The notes under the pieces: generated by a model
The model's input: only the letters and a program-made list of their open reading frames with translations
Told to the model about the DNA's origin: nothing
The model's database searches: none
In this document: positions 63,901-64,000 of the stretch, piece after piece
Layout of the letters: each line of letters opens with the position of its first letter
How positions within the stretch are numbered: the first letter of the stretch is position 1
Made by a program: the position numbers and the translations under genes
Source: Marsupella aquatica
Taxonomy: Eukaryota > Plantae > Marchantiophyta
Assembly (NCBI GenBank): GCA_973895155.1
Contig: OZ316892.1
Coordinates: 26,807,233-26,871,232, forward strand
Direction: 5' to 3'
DNA: 64,000 bases

Positions 63901-64000
63901 CTTATCTAACAGTGAGAAGCCCAAAGAAGCCGCCAAGGCAGAAGGAAACAAAGTCAAGGGAAAAGAGGACAGTGAGAAACCCAGGGCCAAGGGTGAGGAA
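51967..64000 (+). CDS. PDS5: Sister chromatid cohesion protein PDS5 (PDS5A-like; ARM/HEAT repeats, AT-hook, Tudor domain), 3' truncated by the window
   Basis: GT-AG exons in compatible phases: 51967-52044, 52899-53102, 53269-53450, 53608-53734, 53867-54088, 54204-54420, 54734-54879, 55103-55251, 55419-55568, 55829-55877, 56220-56411, 56645-56827, 56981-57135, 57250-57376, 57589-57738, 57998-58057, 58261-58400, 58545-58662, 58811-58945, 59110-59318, 59445-59601, 60016-60171, 60407-60496, 60627-61091, 61338-61379, 61504-61586, 61821-61872, 62140-62226, 62491-62531, 62718-62783, 62994-63226, (63342-63392), 63612-end. Motifs [132 protein letters not shown]. The small 3' exons are less certain. 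Confidence 0.95.
55615..55659. repeat. (GGTCT)n pentanucleotide repeat in a PDS5 intron
   Basis: ggcctggcctggtctggtctggtgtggtctggtctggtctggtgg. Confidence 0.85.

Noticed and set aside
63403-63990. 195-aa Phe/Ser/Leu-rich minus-strand ORF
   Set aside because: Antisense shadow of the Lys/Glu-rich PDS5 exon.
1-64000. tRNA, rRNA or conserved land-plant miRNA genes
   Set aside because: None recognised by eye; a covariance-model or miRBase search would be needed to exclude them.

Overview
Eukaryotic land-plant genomic DNA with spliceosomal GT-AG introns; a bryophyte/liverwort-like origin is an inference, not shown. Three + strand genes can be assembled by hand: (1) a 5-exon, 552-aa CYP72-clan-like cytochrome P450 (5422-9056) with an intact frame but several normally conserved catalytic and heme-binding residues replaced; (2) a 15-exon, 847-aa cytosolic H-type alpha-glucan phosphorylase (PHS2/Pho2, 35791-43394); (3) a PDS5 cohesion factor of at least 32 exons with an AT-hook and a Tudor domain (51967 to the window end, truncated). 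The intergenic DNA is mostly CpG-poor repeat debris: a decayed RLE-type (CRE-like) non-LTR retrotransposon (~12.3-13.3 kb), a decayed Helitron PIF1 helicase (~26.0-26.6 kb), a foldback/MITE-like element (~11.0-11.3 kb), several minisatellites and dispersed repeat pairs. A CpG-rich block at ~16.4-21.6 kb looks gene-like but has no protein I recognise. I found no CRISPR, tRNA or rRNA and no clearly new multi-gene system; the best novelty candidates are the atypical P450 and the unexplained CpG-rich block. All coordinates were read by eye, and repeat boundaries are approximate.
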